From contig NIVC01002218.1 in NCBI GenBank assembly GCA_002269645.1, positions 113,795-177,794 of the forward strand: a stretch of DNA of 64,000 nt, read 5' to 3'. Within the stretch, counting starts at the first letter, position 1. Each line of letters begins with the position of its first letter. This DNA is from Macrostomum lignano. Taxonomy: Eukaryota. Below the pieces are notes generated by a model. That model ran no database searches and was not told the DNA's origin. It worked only from the letters and a program-made list of their open reading frames with translations. The translations under genes were made by a program, and so were the position numbers. Of the stretch, positions 1 to 12,861 are shown piece by piece.

Positions 1-500
1 CTCTCTCCCTCTCTCCCTCTCCCCCCTCTCTCTCTCCCTCTCTATCCCACTGTCCCTCTCTCTACCATTCTCCCTCTCTCTCCCCACTCTCCTCTCTCCC
101 TCTCTCCCTCTCTCTCCTACTCCCCTCTCTCCTTCTCTCCTTTCTCCCTCTCTCTCCACTCCTCTCTCTCCCTCTCTATCCCACTGTCCCTCTCTCTACC
201 ATTCTCCCTCTCTCTCCCACTCTCCTCTCTCCCTCTCTCTCCTCTCTCTCTACTCCCCTCTCTCTCTTCTTCTCCTTCTCTCCCTCTCTCTCCACTCCTC
301 TCTCTCCCTCTCTCCCTCTCCCCTCTCTCTCCCTCTCTCTCCCACCTCTCCCTCTCTCTCCCACTCTCCTCTCTCCGTCTATCTCCCTCTCTCCCTCTCT
401 CTTCCACTCCTCTCTCTCTCCCTCTCCCCTATCCCTCTCCCCTATATCCCTCTTCCCTATATTCCTCTCCCCCCTTTCCCTCCTCCGGTTCCATCTGTCC
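1..500. repeat. CT-rich polypyrimidine microsatellite / low-complexity tract
   Basis: Imperfect (CT)n/(CCT)n runs with a duplicated ~135-bp sub-block; the ERG-rich ORFs on the minus strand are by-products. Confidence 0.9.
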
Positions 501-973
501 CCCTGTCTCTCTTTTCCTCCTCTCTACCTACCCCCGTTATTTACCTGCCAGTCATGTCGCAACTCCCTTGATCACTCTATATTTACACTTGTGCTGGTCC
601 ATCTTCTATAGGGGTATTTTGTTCACCCTCACAACCGAACGGGATCCCATTTTAATCCGTTCACAGTTACTTCCGCTACGACTCTGTTAATTTCTCGTCA
701 TTAGTAATTTATCCCACTCACTGTCCTACCTTTTCTCCCCAATTCACTTCCTGTCTCTATCTAACTCGCGGATATTATTCAGTGTGTGGCTAATTGATGC
801 TTTGAATTAGCTACTACTAACAGAGGTTAGTACTGAGTATTGAAATTTGCAATATGTATATTAAAAATGATTTCTAATTCTTTTTTAGGCTGGCTAGTTG
901 CAATGAAGCCGGTTTTGACTAAAGAAACTACATGTAAGTGGCCCGTTTGCTATGAAGGTCAATGGGCTCTGGC

Positions 974-1703
974 CTCTGCTCACCTGCCTCTCACCTCCCT
1001 GGTGGCGGCTCTGCCCTCTCTCTGCTCACCTGCCTCTCACCTCCCTGGTGGCGGCTCTGCCCTCTCTCTGCTCACCTGCCTCTCACCTCCCTGGTGGCGG
1101 CTCTGCCTCTCTCTGCTCACCTGCCTCTCACCTCCCTGGTGGCGGCTCTGCCCTCTCTCTGCTCACCTGCCTCTCACCTCCCTGGTGGCGGCTCTGCCCT
1201 CTCTCTGCTCACCTGCCTCTCACCTCCCTGGTGGCGGCTCTGCCCTCTCTCTGCTCACCTGCCTCTCACCTCCCTGGTGGCGGCTCTGCCCTCTCTCTGC
1301 TCACCTGCCTCTCACCTCCCTGGTGGCGGCTCTGCCCTCTCTCTGCTCACCTGCCTCTCACCTCCCTGGTGGCGGCTCTGCCCTCTCTCTGCTCACCTGC
1401 CTCTCACCTCCCTGGTGGCGGCTCTGCCCTCTCTGCTCACCTGCCTCTCACCTCCCTGGTGGCGGCTCTGCCCTCTCTGCTCACCTGCCTCTCACCTCCC
1501 TGGTGGCGGCTCTGCCCTCTCTCTGCTCACCTGCCTCTCACCTCCCTGGTGGCGGCTCTGCCCTCTCTGCTCACCTGCCTCTCACCTCCCTGGTGGCGGC
1601 TCTGCCCACCTGCCTCTCACCTCCCTGGTGGCGGCTCTGCTCACCTGCCTCTCACCTCCCTGGTGGCGACTCTGCTCACCTGCCTCTCACCTCCCTGGTG
1701 GCG
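974..1703. repeat. Minisatellite, 44-46 bp unit (CTCTGCTCACCTGCCTCTCACCTCCCTGGTGGCGGCTCTGCCCTCT), ~16 copies
   Basis: Direct tandem repetition; open in all three forward frames only because the unit has no stops. Confidence 0.95.
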
Positions 1704-2400
1704 GGTGGCTATTATTTGAATGACAGCTCAGCCCTCCGGGTTTGAAAGCGGGTCTACAATAGCGGGAGGGGGAGGGCTGTGGGCGGAGTTGCCTGTGCTC
1801 ACCCAGCAGAGCCTGCGGAATCCCGCGCGCCCTGAGCTCACTCTGAGCAGCAGTAAGTGGAGAGGCTTTATAACCCTCGCGTGGACGGAATTCTGGCAGA
1901 TTTTTTCAGCAGTTCACTCCCTCTCTGCGTCAAAGTCAGTCAAGCTGAACTTCTCTCCCCTTCTCTAACTCATTTTTTCTCTCTGAAGCAAAATGAAGTG
2001 CTGGCGGAGTGGAAGGCGCATGGGGAAGCTGGATATAGGAGAGGTGAGAGCTTAGAGGTTGATTGACAATAAATTATTTATTCATGTGGCAAAGTGGGCG
2101 AGTTGGCAATCTAGAGAGCTGTGAGTGACTGTGTCGGAGTGAGAGTGAATAGCGCTAGTAGTTCACAGCACTGTATCCTCTGTTGGGCCGCCATTCTCTG
2201 TTGCCGCTGAACCTGACTAATCATTTTCGATTATTTTTTCTAATTATTTTCTCGCAAATATCTTTGTCAGATTTCGTTCCTCTTTGCGGTTTATCTCTTA
2301 CCGTGTTACAGACTGTGTTACAGACGGTATTTAGTTTTGTTGATAAAATACATTGTGTAATGGAGTTACAATTCGATTAAATGGATTCCGCTTTGCTTAA

Positions 2401-4030
2401 AACAGCAGGGGACAGAGGCGAGACAGCAGGGGCAGAGACAGCAGGGGCAGAGACAGCAGGGGACAGAGGAGAGACATCAGGGGACAGAGACAGCAGGGGA
2501 CAGAGACAGCAGGGGACAGAGACAGCAGGGGACAGAGACAGCAGGGGACAGAGACAGCAGGGGACAGAGGAGAGACAGCAGGGGACAGAGACAGCAGGGG
2601 ACAGAGACAGCAGGGGACAGAAGAGAGACAGCAGGGGACAGAGGAGAGACAGCAGGGGCAGAGACAGCAGGGGACAGAGGACAGACAGCAGGGGACAGAG
2701 GAGAGACAGCAGGGGACAGAGGACAGACAGCAGGGGCAGAGACAGCAGGGGCAGAGACAGCAGGGGCAGAGACAGCAGGGACAGAGGAGAGACAGCAGGG
2801 GACAGAAGAGAGACAGCAGGGGACAGAGGGCAGACAGCAGGGACAGAGACAGCAGGGGACAGAGACAGCAGGGGACAGAGACAGCAGGGGACAGAGACAG
2901 CAGGGGACAGAGGACAGACAGCAGGGGACAGAAGAGAGACAGCAGGGGACAGAGGAGAGACAGCAGGGGACAGAGGGCAGACAGCAGGGACAGAGACAGC
3001 AGGGGACAGAGACAGCAGGGGACAGAGACAGCAGAAGACACAGACAGCAGGGGACAGAGGACAGACAGCAGGGGACAGAGGACAGACAGCAGGGGACAGA
3101 GGACAGACAGCAGGGGACAGAGGACAGACAGCAGGGGACAGAGGACAGACAGCAGGGGACAGAGGACAGACAGCAGGGGACAGAAGAGAGACAGCAGGGG
3201 ACAGAGGACAGACAGCAGGGGACAGAGGACAGACAGCAGGGGACAGAAGAGAGACAGCAGGGGACAGAGGAGAGACAGCAGGGGACAGAGGGCAGACAGC
3301 AGGGACAGAGACAGCAGGGGACAGAGACAGCAGGGACAGAGACAGCAGAAGACACAGACAGCAGGGGACAGAGGACAGACAGCAGGGGACAGAGGACAGA
3401 CAGCAGGGGACAGAGGACAGACAGCAGGGACAGAGGACAGACAGCAGGGGACAGAGGACAGACAGCAGGGGACAGAGGACAGACAGCAGGGGACAGAGGA
3501 CAGACAGCAGGGGACAGAGGACAGACAGCAGGGGACAGAGGACAGACAGCAGGGGACAGAGGACAGACAGCAGGGGACAGAGGACAGACAGCAGGGGACA
3601 GAGGACAGACAGCAGGGGACAGAGGACAGACAGCAGGGGACAGAGTACAGACAGCAGGGGACAGAGGACAGACAGCAGGGGACAGAAGAGAGACAGCAGG
3701 GGACAGAGGAGAGACAGCAGGGGACAGAGGGCAGACAGCAGGGACAGAGACAGCAGGGGACAGAGACAGCAGGGGACAGAGACAGCAGAAGACACAGACA
3801 GCAGGGGACAGAGGACAGACAGCAGGGGACAGAGGACAGACAGCAGGGGACAGAGGACAGACAGCAGGGGACAGAGGACAGACAGCAGGGGACAGAGGAC
3901 AGACAGCAGGGGACAGAGGACAGACAGCAGGGGACAGAGGACAGACAGCAGGGGACAGAGGACAGACAGCAGGGGATAGAGGACAGACAGCAGGGGACAG
4001 AGGACAGACAGCAGGGGACAGAGCAGAGAC
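2401..4030. repeat. Minisatellite, 17-21 bp unit (GACAGCAGGGGACAGAG[GACA])
   Basis: Tandem purine-rich units with length variants. Confidence 0.95.
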
Positions 4031-4529
4031 AGTCCTAGCTGTCAATGCACACAGCTGCAGGATCTGTTGCAGCAGGCATTTTGCGTCAACCCAGCAGATT
4101 TTCAACTCTTTGATATGACGGGGAAGGGACAGGCGGACAGTCGGACAGCTGTCCGGAATTTCAGCCGATGCAATCAACAACTGAAAGCTGGCGAATTATG
4201 GGATTAAGTATCTGGTATCGAGGCACACTGGGAGCGGGAAGGAAAATTCAGCTCATCGTCTTAGGAGCGGTTTTCGATTCGTCAAAAGCTGACACCTTAA
4301 ATGGGATAAAAATTTGCATACCGATGCGATGCGGCAGCCAGAAAATTCCGGCCGCAAGGCTAAGTAGGTAATGCCGTTTGGTCTCGGTTGAATTTAGATG
4401 AATAGATTTCCTTGGGCAGCTTGGTTAGCGGCAGGGGGCAGGCTCTGTTCAGCAAGCATTTCAACGCTCACACAGGGTGAAGGACAAAGCTGGATTTCTG
4501 AATCTACCCGAAATTTAAATTAGGAAAGA

Positions 4530-4940
4530 CTCGGGAGAGATTAGGAAAGGGAACGGTCTAAGAATTGATTATAACTACCGATATGTATCGTAAAAACATC
4601 ACAAGAGAGAGAGAATCGGGTAGAGATTAGGAGAGCCAAATAGTCCTAAACTCTATTGTATCTACCGATATGTATCGTAATCAACATCACTGAAGTGAGA
4701 ATCGGGTAGAGATTAAGAGAGCCAAATAGTCCAAAACTCTATTGTAACTACCGATATGTATCGTAATAAACAACACTAAAGAGAAAATGGGGTAGAGATT
4801 GTGAAAGGGAAATGGTCCAAAACTCGATTATAACTACCGATATGTATCTTATTAAACATCACTAAACAGAGAGAATAGGGTAGATATTTGGAGAGCCAAA
4901 TAGTTTAAAACTTGATTGTAACTACCGATATGTATTGTAT
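4530..4940. repeat. Degenerate tandem repeat, ~87 bp unit, ~5 copies
   Basis: Recurring core ACTACCGATATGTATCGTAA...AGAGAATCGGGTAGAGATT at roughly 4572, 4660, 4745, 4831 and 4920. Confidence 0.8.
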
Positions 4941-5757
4941 CGTAATGAGCATGGTCGGTACGATAGATTTACAAGAATATACATAGGAACAGCCTCATTT
5001 TAGGGGAGACAGCTGATCAAAGCAGCTGAGATGGAGGGGCAGAGAGAGAGAGAGCACCTTTGATGATGCCAGAGGCCTCGCCGTCATTATCGGCCGGTCC
5101 AGTCGCCATGCAGAGCAGAGCTCAGGGAGGGGACAGCAGAGGATCGATGCCTGTCGAATCGATACGCTGAGGATAATTATCCCGAATCCGCTGTTCCCGC
5201 GTGTCTCTACACCCACTTCCCTCGATGTGCTCGCGGGGCCGGCCCTTCTTTTCTGAATCCCATATTGAGGCCGGCCGTTATCCCCCCCAAGTTGCAGCTG
5301 CGTGGCCCGCCATATCCCGCCCGCTCTCTCCATCTTTCTTTGATTAGAGCTGATTGATTTCGATCACGGATGGAGGCTGTGATAGGGCCTGAGCCCAGCA
5401 TCCTGCATTGCATTCGTCAGCACAGTCTCCACTCAGACGCCATCAATAACCGAATTAATTATTGATCAGCTCAGCACAGGCGGAGAAAAAATTTCCCGCT
5501 TTTAGTCTGAACGCAGCGAATCGCAAAGGTGTTTAAAAGAGTGCTATGAAAATAAATAGAAACAACAATGAATGCAGATTTGCCTTAGCAATTGCAATTT
5601 TTCATACTATAAACTCTATGTTGTTTCTACTCTACTCTACTCTACTTAGAGTAGAGCCTCTAGTCGCAGCCGAAATGATTAGAAATTTTCATGTTAATAC
5701 AATAATGCGCTTAGAAAATGCTTTCGACCCTCTACTAAAAGTAGAGCGGTTGGATTG

Positions 5758-6216
5758 TCAAGTCCGCTTCGCCGTGATAACGGAACTCGACGGCTGCCGC
5801 TGACCTCGCATGGACGTCGCCTCCTTCGCTGCCATCGCCACCGCGGCCCTGGCCAGCTCGTGCTGCTCCTCATCGTCCTCGAAGTCGGCCCGGGTGAAAT
5901 AGGCCTCATGGTAGCCCGCCGGGCTATCGCGCTCTGTCAGGGAGCCCGGGTCCTCGCCAACCGAATACAGCCGAACGTCCTCGCTGCGGGCCGTCACCCC
6001 GCCGAGCTGCAGCCGCTTGACGCCGACCAGCACGTTTCTGTTGTAGCAGCTGAAGGAGGCCTCCTTGCCCTTGGAGCTGCGCCAGGCCGTGCTGAGCTCG
6101 CCGGGCTCCAGGACTTCTCGGAGGGACCGGACTACAAAAGCCGGCCTGCTCAGGCAGAGGCTGGCGAGGCGGTCGCCCGGTTGGCCGCGAGGGTCCAGCT
6201 TGCCTTCGAGAATGCG
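5758..6216 (-). CDS. Probable terminal coding exon of an unidentified protein (152 aa: RILEGKLDPRGQPGD...VITAKRT*)
   Basis: Stop-free GC-rich frame with a CATAG acceptor at 6217-6218 and TGA at 5758-5760. It joins in phase 0 to a CAG|GTGAGT donor at 8901 across the 39-bp array. No family recognised. Confidence 0.5.
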   Translation of the reverse strand, partial: RILEGKLDPRGQPGDRLASLCLSRPAFVVRSLREVLEPGELSTAWRSSKGKEASFSCYNRNVLVGVKRLQLGGVTARSEDVRLYSVGEDPGSLTERDSPAGYHEAYFTRADFEDDEEQHELARAAVAMAAKEATSMRGQRQPSSSVITAKRT

Positions 6217-6255
6217 CTATGGTAGGAGCATGCGTAGCGCAGGGTGTGTCTGGCG

Positions 6256-8870
6256 TTGCCTGTTCTCCTCTGCCTGCTGACTAGATTAGCAATCCACTCT
6301 GTTCTCCTTTGCCTGTTAGCTAGATTAGCAATCCACTCTGTTCTCCTTTGCCTGTTAGCTAGATTAGCAATCCACTCTGTTCTCCTCTGCCTGCTGGCTA
6401 GATTAGCAATCCACTCTGTTCTCCTTTGCCTGTTAGCTAGATTAGCAATCCACTCTGTTCTCCTCTGCCTGCTGGCTAGATTAGCAATCCACTCTGTTCT
6501 CCTTTGCCTGTTAGCTAGATTAGCAATCCACTCTGCTCTCCTCTGCCTGCTGGCTAGATTAGCAATCCACTCTGTTCTCCTTTGCCTGTTAGCTAGATTA
6601 GCAATCCACTCTGTTCTCTGCCTGCTGACTAGATTAGCAATCCACTCTGTTCCTCTGCCTGCTGACTAGATTAGCAATCCACTCTGTTCTCCTTTGCCTG
6701 TTAGCTAGATTAGCAATCCACTCTGTTCTCCTTTGCCTGTTAGCTAGATTAGCAATCCACTCTGTTCTCCTTTGCCTGTTAGCTAGATTAGCAATCCACT
6801 CTATTCCTCTGCCTGTTAGCTAGATTAGCAATCCACTCTGTTTTCCTCTGCCTGCTGGCTAGATTAGCAATCCACTCTGTTCTCCTTTGCCTGTTAGCTA
6901 GATTAGCAATCCACTCTGTTCTCCTTTGCCTGTTAGCTAGATTAGCAATCCACTCTGTTATCTGCCTGTTAGCTAGATTAGTAATCCACTCTGTTCTCCT
7001 TTGCCTGTTAGCTAGATTAGCAATCCACTCTGTTCTCTCTGCCTGCTGGCTAGATTAGCAATCCACTCTGTTCTCCTTTGCCTGTTAGCTAGATTAGCAA
7101 TCCACTCTGTTCCTCTGCCTGTTAGCTAGATTAGCAATCCACTCTGTTCTCCTTTGCCTGTTAGCTAGATTAGCAATCCACTCTGTTCTCCTTTGCCTGT
7201 TAGCTAGATTAGCAATCCACTCTGTTCTCCTCTGCCTGCTGGCTAGATTAGCAATCCACTCTGTTCTCCTTTTGCCTGTTAGCTAGATTAGCAATCCACT
7301 CTGTTCTCCTCTGCCTGCTGGCTAGATTAGCAATCCACTCTGTTCTTCTCTGCCTGTTGGCTAGATTAGCAATCCACTCTGTTCTTCTCTGCCTGCTGGC
7401 TAGATTAGCAATCTACTCTGTTCTCCTTTGCCTGTTAGCTAGATTAGCAATCCATTCTGTTCTTCTCTGCCTGCTGGCTAGATTAGCAATCCACTCTGTT
7501 CTCCTTTGCCTGTTGGCTAGATTAGCAATCCATTCTGTTCTCCTCTGCCTGCTGGCTAATTAGCAATCCACTCTGTTATCTGCCTGTTAGCTAGATTAGC
7601 AATCCACTCTGTTCTCCTTTGCCTGTTAGCTAGATTAGCAATCCACTCTGTTCTCCTCTGCCTGTTAGCTAGATTAGCAATCCACTCTATTCCTCTGCCT
7701 GTTAGCTAGATTAGCAATCCACTCTGTTCTCCTTTGCCTGTTAGCTAGATTAGCAATCCACTCTGTTCTCCTTTGCCTGTTAGCTAGATTAGCAACCCAC
7801 TCTGTTCTCCTTTGCCTGTTAGCTAGATTAGCAATCCACTCTGTTATCTGCCTGTTAGCTAGATTAGCAATCCACTCTGTTCTCCTTTGCCTGTTAGCTA
7901 GATTAGCAATCCACTCTGTTCTCCTCTGCCTGCTGGCTAGATTAGCAATCCACTCTGTTCTCCTTTGCCTGTTAGCTAGATTAGCAATCTACTCTGCTCT
8001 CCTCTGCCTGCTGGCTAGATTAGCAATCCACTCTGTTCTCCTTTGCCTGTTAGCTAGATTAGCAATCCACTCTGTTATCTGCCTGTTAGCTAGATTAGCA
8101 ATCCACTCTGTTCTCCTTTGCCTGTTAGCTAGATTAGCAATCCACTCTGTTCTTCTCTGCCTGCTGGCTAGATTAGCAATCCACTCTGTTCTCCTTTGCC
8201 TGTTAGCTAGATTAGCAATCCACTCTGTTATCTGCCTGTTAGCTAGATTAGCAATCCACTCTGTTCTCCTTTGCCTGTTAGCTAGATTAGCAATCCACTC
8301 TATTCCTCTGCCTGTAAGCTAGATTAGCAATCCACTCTGTTCTTCTCTGCCTGCTGGCTAGATTAGCAATCCACTCTGTTCTTCTCTGCCTGCTGGCTAG
8401 ATTAGCAATCCACTCTGTTCTCCTTTGCCTGTTGGCTAGATTAGCAATCCATTCTGTTCTTCTCTGCCTGCTGGCTAGATTGGCAATCCACTCTGTTCTT
8501 CTCTGCCTGCTGGCTAGATTAGCAATCCACTCTGTTCTCCTTTGCCTGTTGGCTAGATTAGCAATCCATTCTGTTCTTCTCTGCCTGCTGGCTAGATTAG
8601 CAATCCACTCTGTTTATCTCTGCCTGCTGGCTAGATTAGCAATCCACTCTGTTCTTCTCTGCCTGCTGGCTAGATTAGCAATCCACTCTGTTCTCCTTTG
8701 CCTGTTAGCTAGATTAGCAATCCATTTATTCCTCGGCCTGTTAGCTAGATTAGCAATCCATTTATTCCTCTGCCTGTTAGCTAGATTAGCAATCCACTCT
8801 ATTCCTCTGCCTGTTAGCTAGATTAGCAATCCACTCTATTCCTCTGCCTGTTAGCTAGATTAGCAATCCA
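6256..8870. repeat. Minisatellite, 39 bp unit (GCCTGTTAGCTAGATTAGCAATCCACTCTGTTCTCCTTT), ~66 copies
   Basis: Tandem repetition filling a putative intron. Confidence 0.95.
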
Positions 8871-10921
8871 TAATTTCTACTTATAGTCAATGTCACTCAC
8901 CTGGTTCTGCTTATCGTACAGAATGGCGCACCTGTCTGCCTCATTAGTCCGCAAGCCATTCTGTGGCAGCTCCCCTCCCGCTCCGAGCCTCTGTCATCGC
9001 TGGAGCCGTCGCTCAGAGGCTCCTCGCCGTCGTCTTCCATTCGGATCGCTGTTGCAGAAAATCACAATTACTTTCACTGAGCTGGCTGCGTGTTAACTTC
9101 TGCTTTTCCAGGTGAGATTTGATCTCGCCAAGCCGCCCGTTTCCTGAGCGCAATTTTCTGCTTCTTCTAGTAGCCAGCAGGTGCACAGATGAAAGAGTTG
9201 AAGAAATTCTTAGGGCAGAAAGAAAAGTTTTCGTACAGTAGCTGCGGAAGCCTCCCGGCGGCTCTCTGCCCTTGAGCTTCTTGAGCCTGCATGTCTGGCA
9301 TACCCTCCGCCTCTCCTCTCCCCCCGTCTCCAAGTCGGCATTGGCCAACAAGGTGAAACGGTTCCCGCGCTGCAAGCTCAAGAAAAGTTTCTACTCTGTG
9401 CATTTGCGATAACAAACTTTGCTAGCTTGGCTACTTTTCAAAGCGACAGGCCTCTTATACCCCCGCTGCGCCCGTTTGAGTCTTGCTTGTTTAAGAAAGA
9501 AAACCAGAGGTCGATTTTACTACAATATTTGTAGGTAAATTTAAGAACGATCCACTTCTCTACTACTCAAGCATGGAAAGTAGGCTGTATCGTTTAGAAG
9601 TAATCAACAAAAGTAGACCAGTACATAATTTTGAAGCATAAATCAATCGACAATCATAAGTATATGTTTAATAGCTAGTGAACACTTGTATTTGAATCAA
9701 AAACAGATGTATGGGATGTGAAACTGGGAAAGGATTAACTATGTGGGATAGATTCTAAATAAAACACTGGGTTTATTCATTTATTGATTTTTCAGCTTAA
9801 AATTGAAGTCACGTTACAACAGTGCGTCTGACGAAACAGTTAAATAAAACGTTTACGCTACTGTAAGTATTAAACAAAGCATATGTAAGCAAATTTTCTA
9901 TACAATTTGAGACCATTGACTCCAAAAATTGTGCCGTTTAAGGAAACGATCAAAAGCAGCATTTTGAAACGAAATAAATAAACAAAAGCATTCAACAAAG
10001 CTGATAATCTATACGAATATAATCAATCTTATGAAACAGATATCTTGATGCTAGACTTAACAACAAATAGTACATCGTGCACTTCCTATAAGGCGCCACT
10101 AATTATGAAGAAAATCATATTGAAAACAAGTTCAATTACATGGTACAATACAAGCAAAACAGTAGTACGGTATCTATTTACAGGTCGGAGAGCCACAAGG
10201 CCGCAGGACCGATCGCTGGAGCAAAGAAATTGACAGCGGAGCGAATCCTGCGGTAGCGGCCCTCTGTCATGACTAGATTCGACTCTCTCGTGTCTCTCGC
10301 AGCGTTGCCGCTTCAAGTTCAAAGCGATCAACAAAAAGCAAAAAAGCATCAACAAAAAAGCAAGCAGAAAAACACAGGCAAAGCAAAGCAAAACGGAACA
10401 ATTTGGAGAGAGAGAAACAAAGAAAAGCGATTGCTGCGTTGAAGCAAAAATTGAAAATTTCCTGTGCAACAGTGAATACCGATGGGGGTGATGAAGCGAA
10501 CTGACGCAGCTGTGAAGCGTGGCATTCAGTCCTGCCAACTGGATAACCAATAGAAATCAGCTCATCTGCTCATATTTACACTGATTTGTTACTGCAGCTC
10601 GAAAATAAATTAAGAAGATTTTAAATAGCAGGAAAACACACAGTAAAACAAAAAAATACATTGCGCATTAAAACAAATGATCAACAAAGTAAAAACTAAG
10701 CGTATTTTACAATTCAAGGAACTGCAGCTGACGGAGCATCAGCAAAGTTGGCTCAACAATTAAACGAGTCTTGGACTGAGAATTGCGAGCGCAACTATTA
10801 TTGCATAACATCTGAGAAGCAATCGAAAACAAGTTTAATAAACCGAGGTAGTTTTGGCCGGTAAATTCGATTCTACACCAATCCCATGCAATACTAGCTT
10901 GCAGCCACAGATACTAGACTA

Positions 10922-11290
10922 ACTAGAAGGGCCTACTCAGCACATTTGCGTGTAAGCTACTTTCAGTTCAGTAGTAAGTTAATCAGAGGCATTTTAATGC
11001 ATTTTTAACGCCAAGGCTTATTTATTGCCCTTACCATCCCGCCCTGCCCAATTTTTATTGCCTTTCTCGGAATTCCAGCCTAAAGCTGCCATGTACATTT
11101 CAGTGGCCTGGCTAATGTACATTGCTAAACCAATTAGCACGTTGTTTACGCCTGCAAACTTGGGCTTCTTAACCTATCAAAGTCATTTCAGCTGCCTTTT
11201 TATAAAATAGCGTATGTATTCTTCTTTGCTACTGAACTGAAAGTAGAAAGCTGTTTGACTAAGTATATATGCCTGAGTGACCAATCTAGT
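10922..11290. mobile_element. MITE-like element with imperfect ~60-bp terminal inverted repeats and TA flanks
   Basis: TA|ACTAGA ... TCTAGT|TA termini; 18-bp perfect inner inverted repeat CTACTTTCAGTTCAGTAG (10957-10974 versus 11229-11246); related copies at ~42049 and ~46340. Confidence 0.6.
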
Positions 11291-11510
11291 TATTTTAGTA
11301 TCTCTGCTTGCAACCATGGACTTTGTTACTGGAAACTGGAACCGTCTAAAGCTGTTATCTGCTGCTATTTCTGCTAAAAAACCTGCTTTTATTCTTTTTT
11401 TTCTACTGGAAATCATATAGAATAATTCTCTCTAACTCAGCACGTGCCACTCCCGTCCAGTTTTTTCAAGTCCGCGGCAGTTTCCATGCAGGGGTCCATG
11501 GCTTTAATCA

Positions 11511-12818
11511 TTACAGGCAGTCCACATCGAATCTGTCCGCCAAAACCCGGCGCAACCGGGGCGGCAGTCGCCACCATTGAGGCGCCACGGCGGTCGAGGC
11601 CGCAGCAGCCGATGCCGAGCGCGCCAGCACGGCGCAGCACCGGTCCTGCAGGCTCTCGTAGGAGCGCAGCAGCCGGGTGACGGACATGCCGGTCTTGGCC
11701 GCGGTGGACGACAGCACGGGATAGAGCGGCTCTGGGCAGCTGTCCAGGCCGTCGAAGCCGGACTCCAGCCGGGTGCCGTTCACATAGAAGCTGAGCTGGC
11801 CACGCGGGCCGTCGAACAGCACGCCGACAATGCAGCTCTGATTCTCAGCGAACGGCTCGCACAGCCGCTTAGCTGAACCGTTGTGCCAGGCCAGGCCTTT
11901 GTGCGACAGCGCCCAGCCGTTGCCGTCCCGACCGATGAGGTTCTCCAGGAACTCGTTGGCGTGCAGCTGCGCATCGCCGGTGCACACGCCCACCTGCATC
12001 GCAGTGCCGAATACTCGATCGCCGAATGTCACCTCCCAGTAGTACACCAGGCCGCGGTCAAGGGGCCGATTCGCCCGGACAGCCGCGTGTCCGTTGCTCC
12101 AGCGTGGATGGAACAGCACTGAGGTTGGCGTCAAAAGGACCGTCTGTCAAGTGTTCGAGGTGGGATAAGCGGTGATGCAATTTGGCTTTGAAACTTGGGA
12201 TGGCTCAGCCAGGTGAACTGTCTGTGTCTGGGATGGCTCAGCCAGGTGAACTGTCTGTGTCTGGGATGGCTCAGCCAGGTGAACTGTCTGTGTCTGGGAT
12301 GGCTCAGCCAGGTGAACTGTCTGTGTCTGGGATGGCATGGCTCAGCCAGGTGAACTGTCTGTGTCTGGGATGGCATGGCTCAGCCAGGTGAACTGTCTGT
12401 GTCTGGGATGGCATGGCTCAGCCAGGTGAACTGTCTGTGTCTGGGATGGCTCAGCCAGGTGAACTGTCTCTGTCTGGGATGGCTCAGCCAGGTGAACTGT
12501 CTCTGTCTGGGATGGCTCAGCCAGGTGAACTGTCTGTGTCTGGGATGGCATGGCTCAGCCAGGTGAACTGTCTGTGTCTGGGATGGCTCAGCCAGGTGAA
12601 CTGTCTGTGTCTGGGATGGCTCAGCCAGGTATGTCTAGGATGTCTGCGATACTTCACTTAAGACCTTGTGTATCTATGTACTTGTATATTGTATTATATA
12701 TTGTACATCCAAAATGAAGCCGAATTCAGACTTAAAATGCACTTGAAAAGCGTTACGAAAACTAAAAAAGTTTTGGACACCGAATGCATTTGCTTTGTAC
12801 AAAAGATCTTTTGTAAAG

Positions 12819-12861
<43 letters not shown>

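Noticed and set aside
840-4180. Long ORFs (253-567 aa) over the 46-bp and 17-21-bp arrays
   Set aside because: They are open in several frames on both strands because the repeat units lack stops; no domain, splice or codon evidence.
4030-4180. Minus-strand coding-like stretch LLIASAEIPDSC...LQQILQLC
   Set aside because: An acceptor-like site is present but there is no credible donor, partner exon or recognisable motif.
5755-6225. 156-aa plus-strand ORF
   Set aside because: Antisense shadow of the GC-rich minus-strand exon; similar shadow ORFs overlap the SPSB3-like, SEC24, PKA-R and transposase exons.
10948-10980. 33-bp core as a spliced-leader or snRNA gene
   Set aside because: It does not end in ATG-GT like flatworm SL exons, has no clear Sm site, and sits inside TIR-like flanks.
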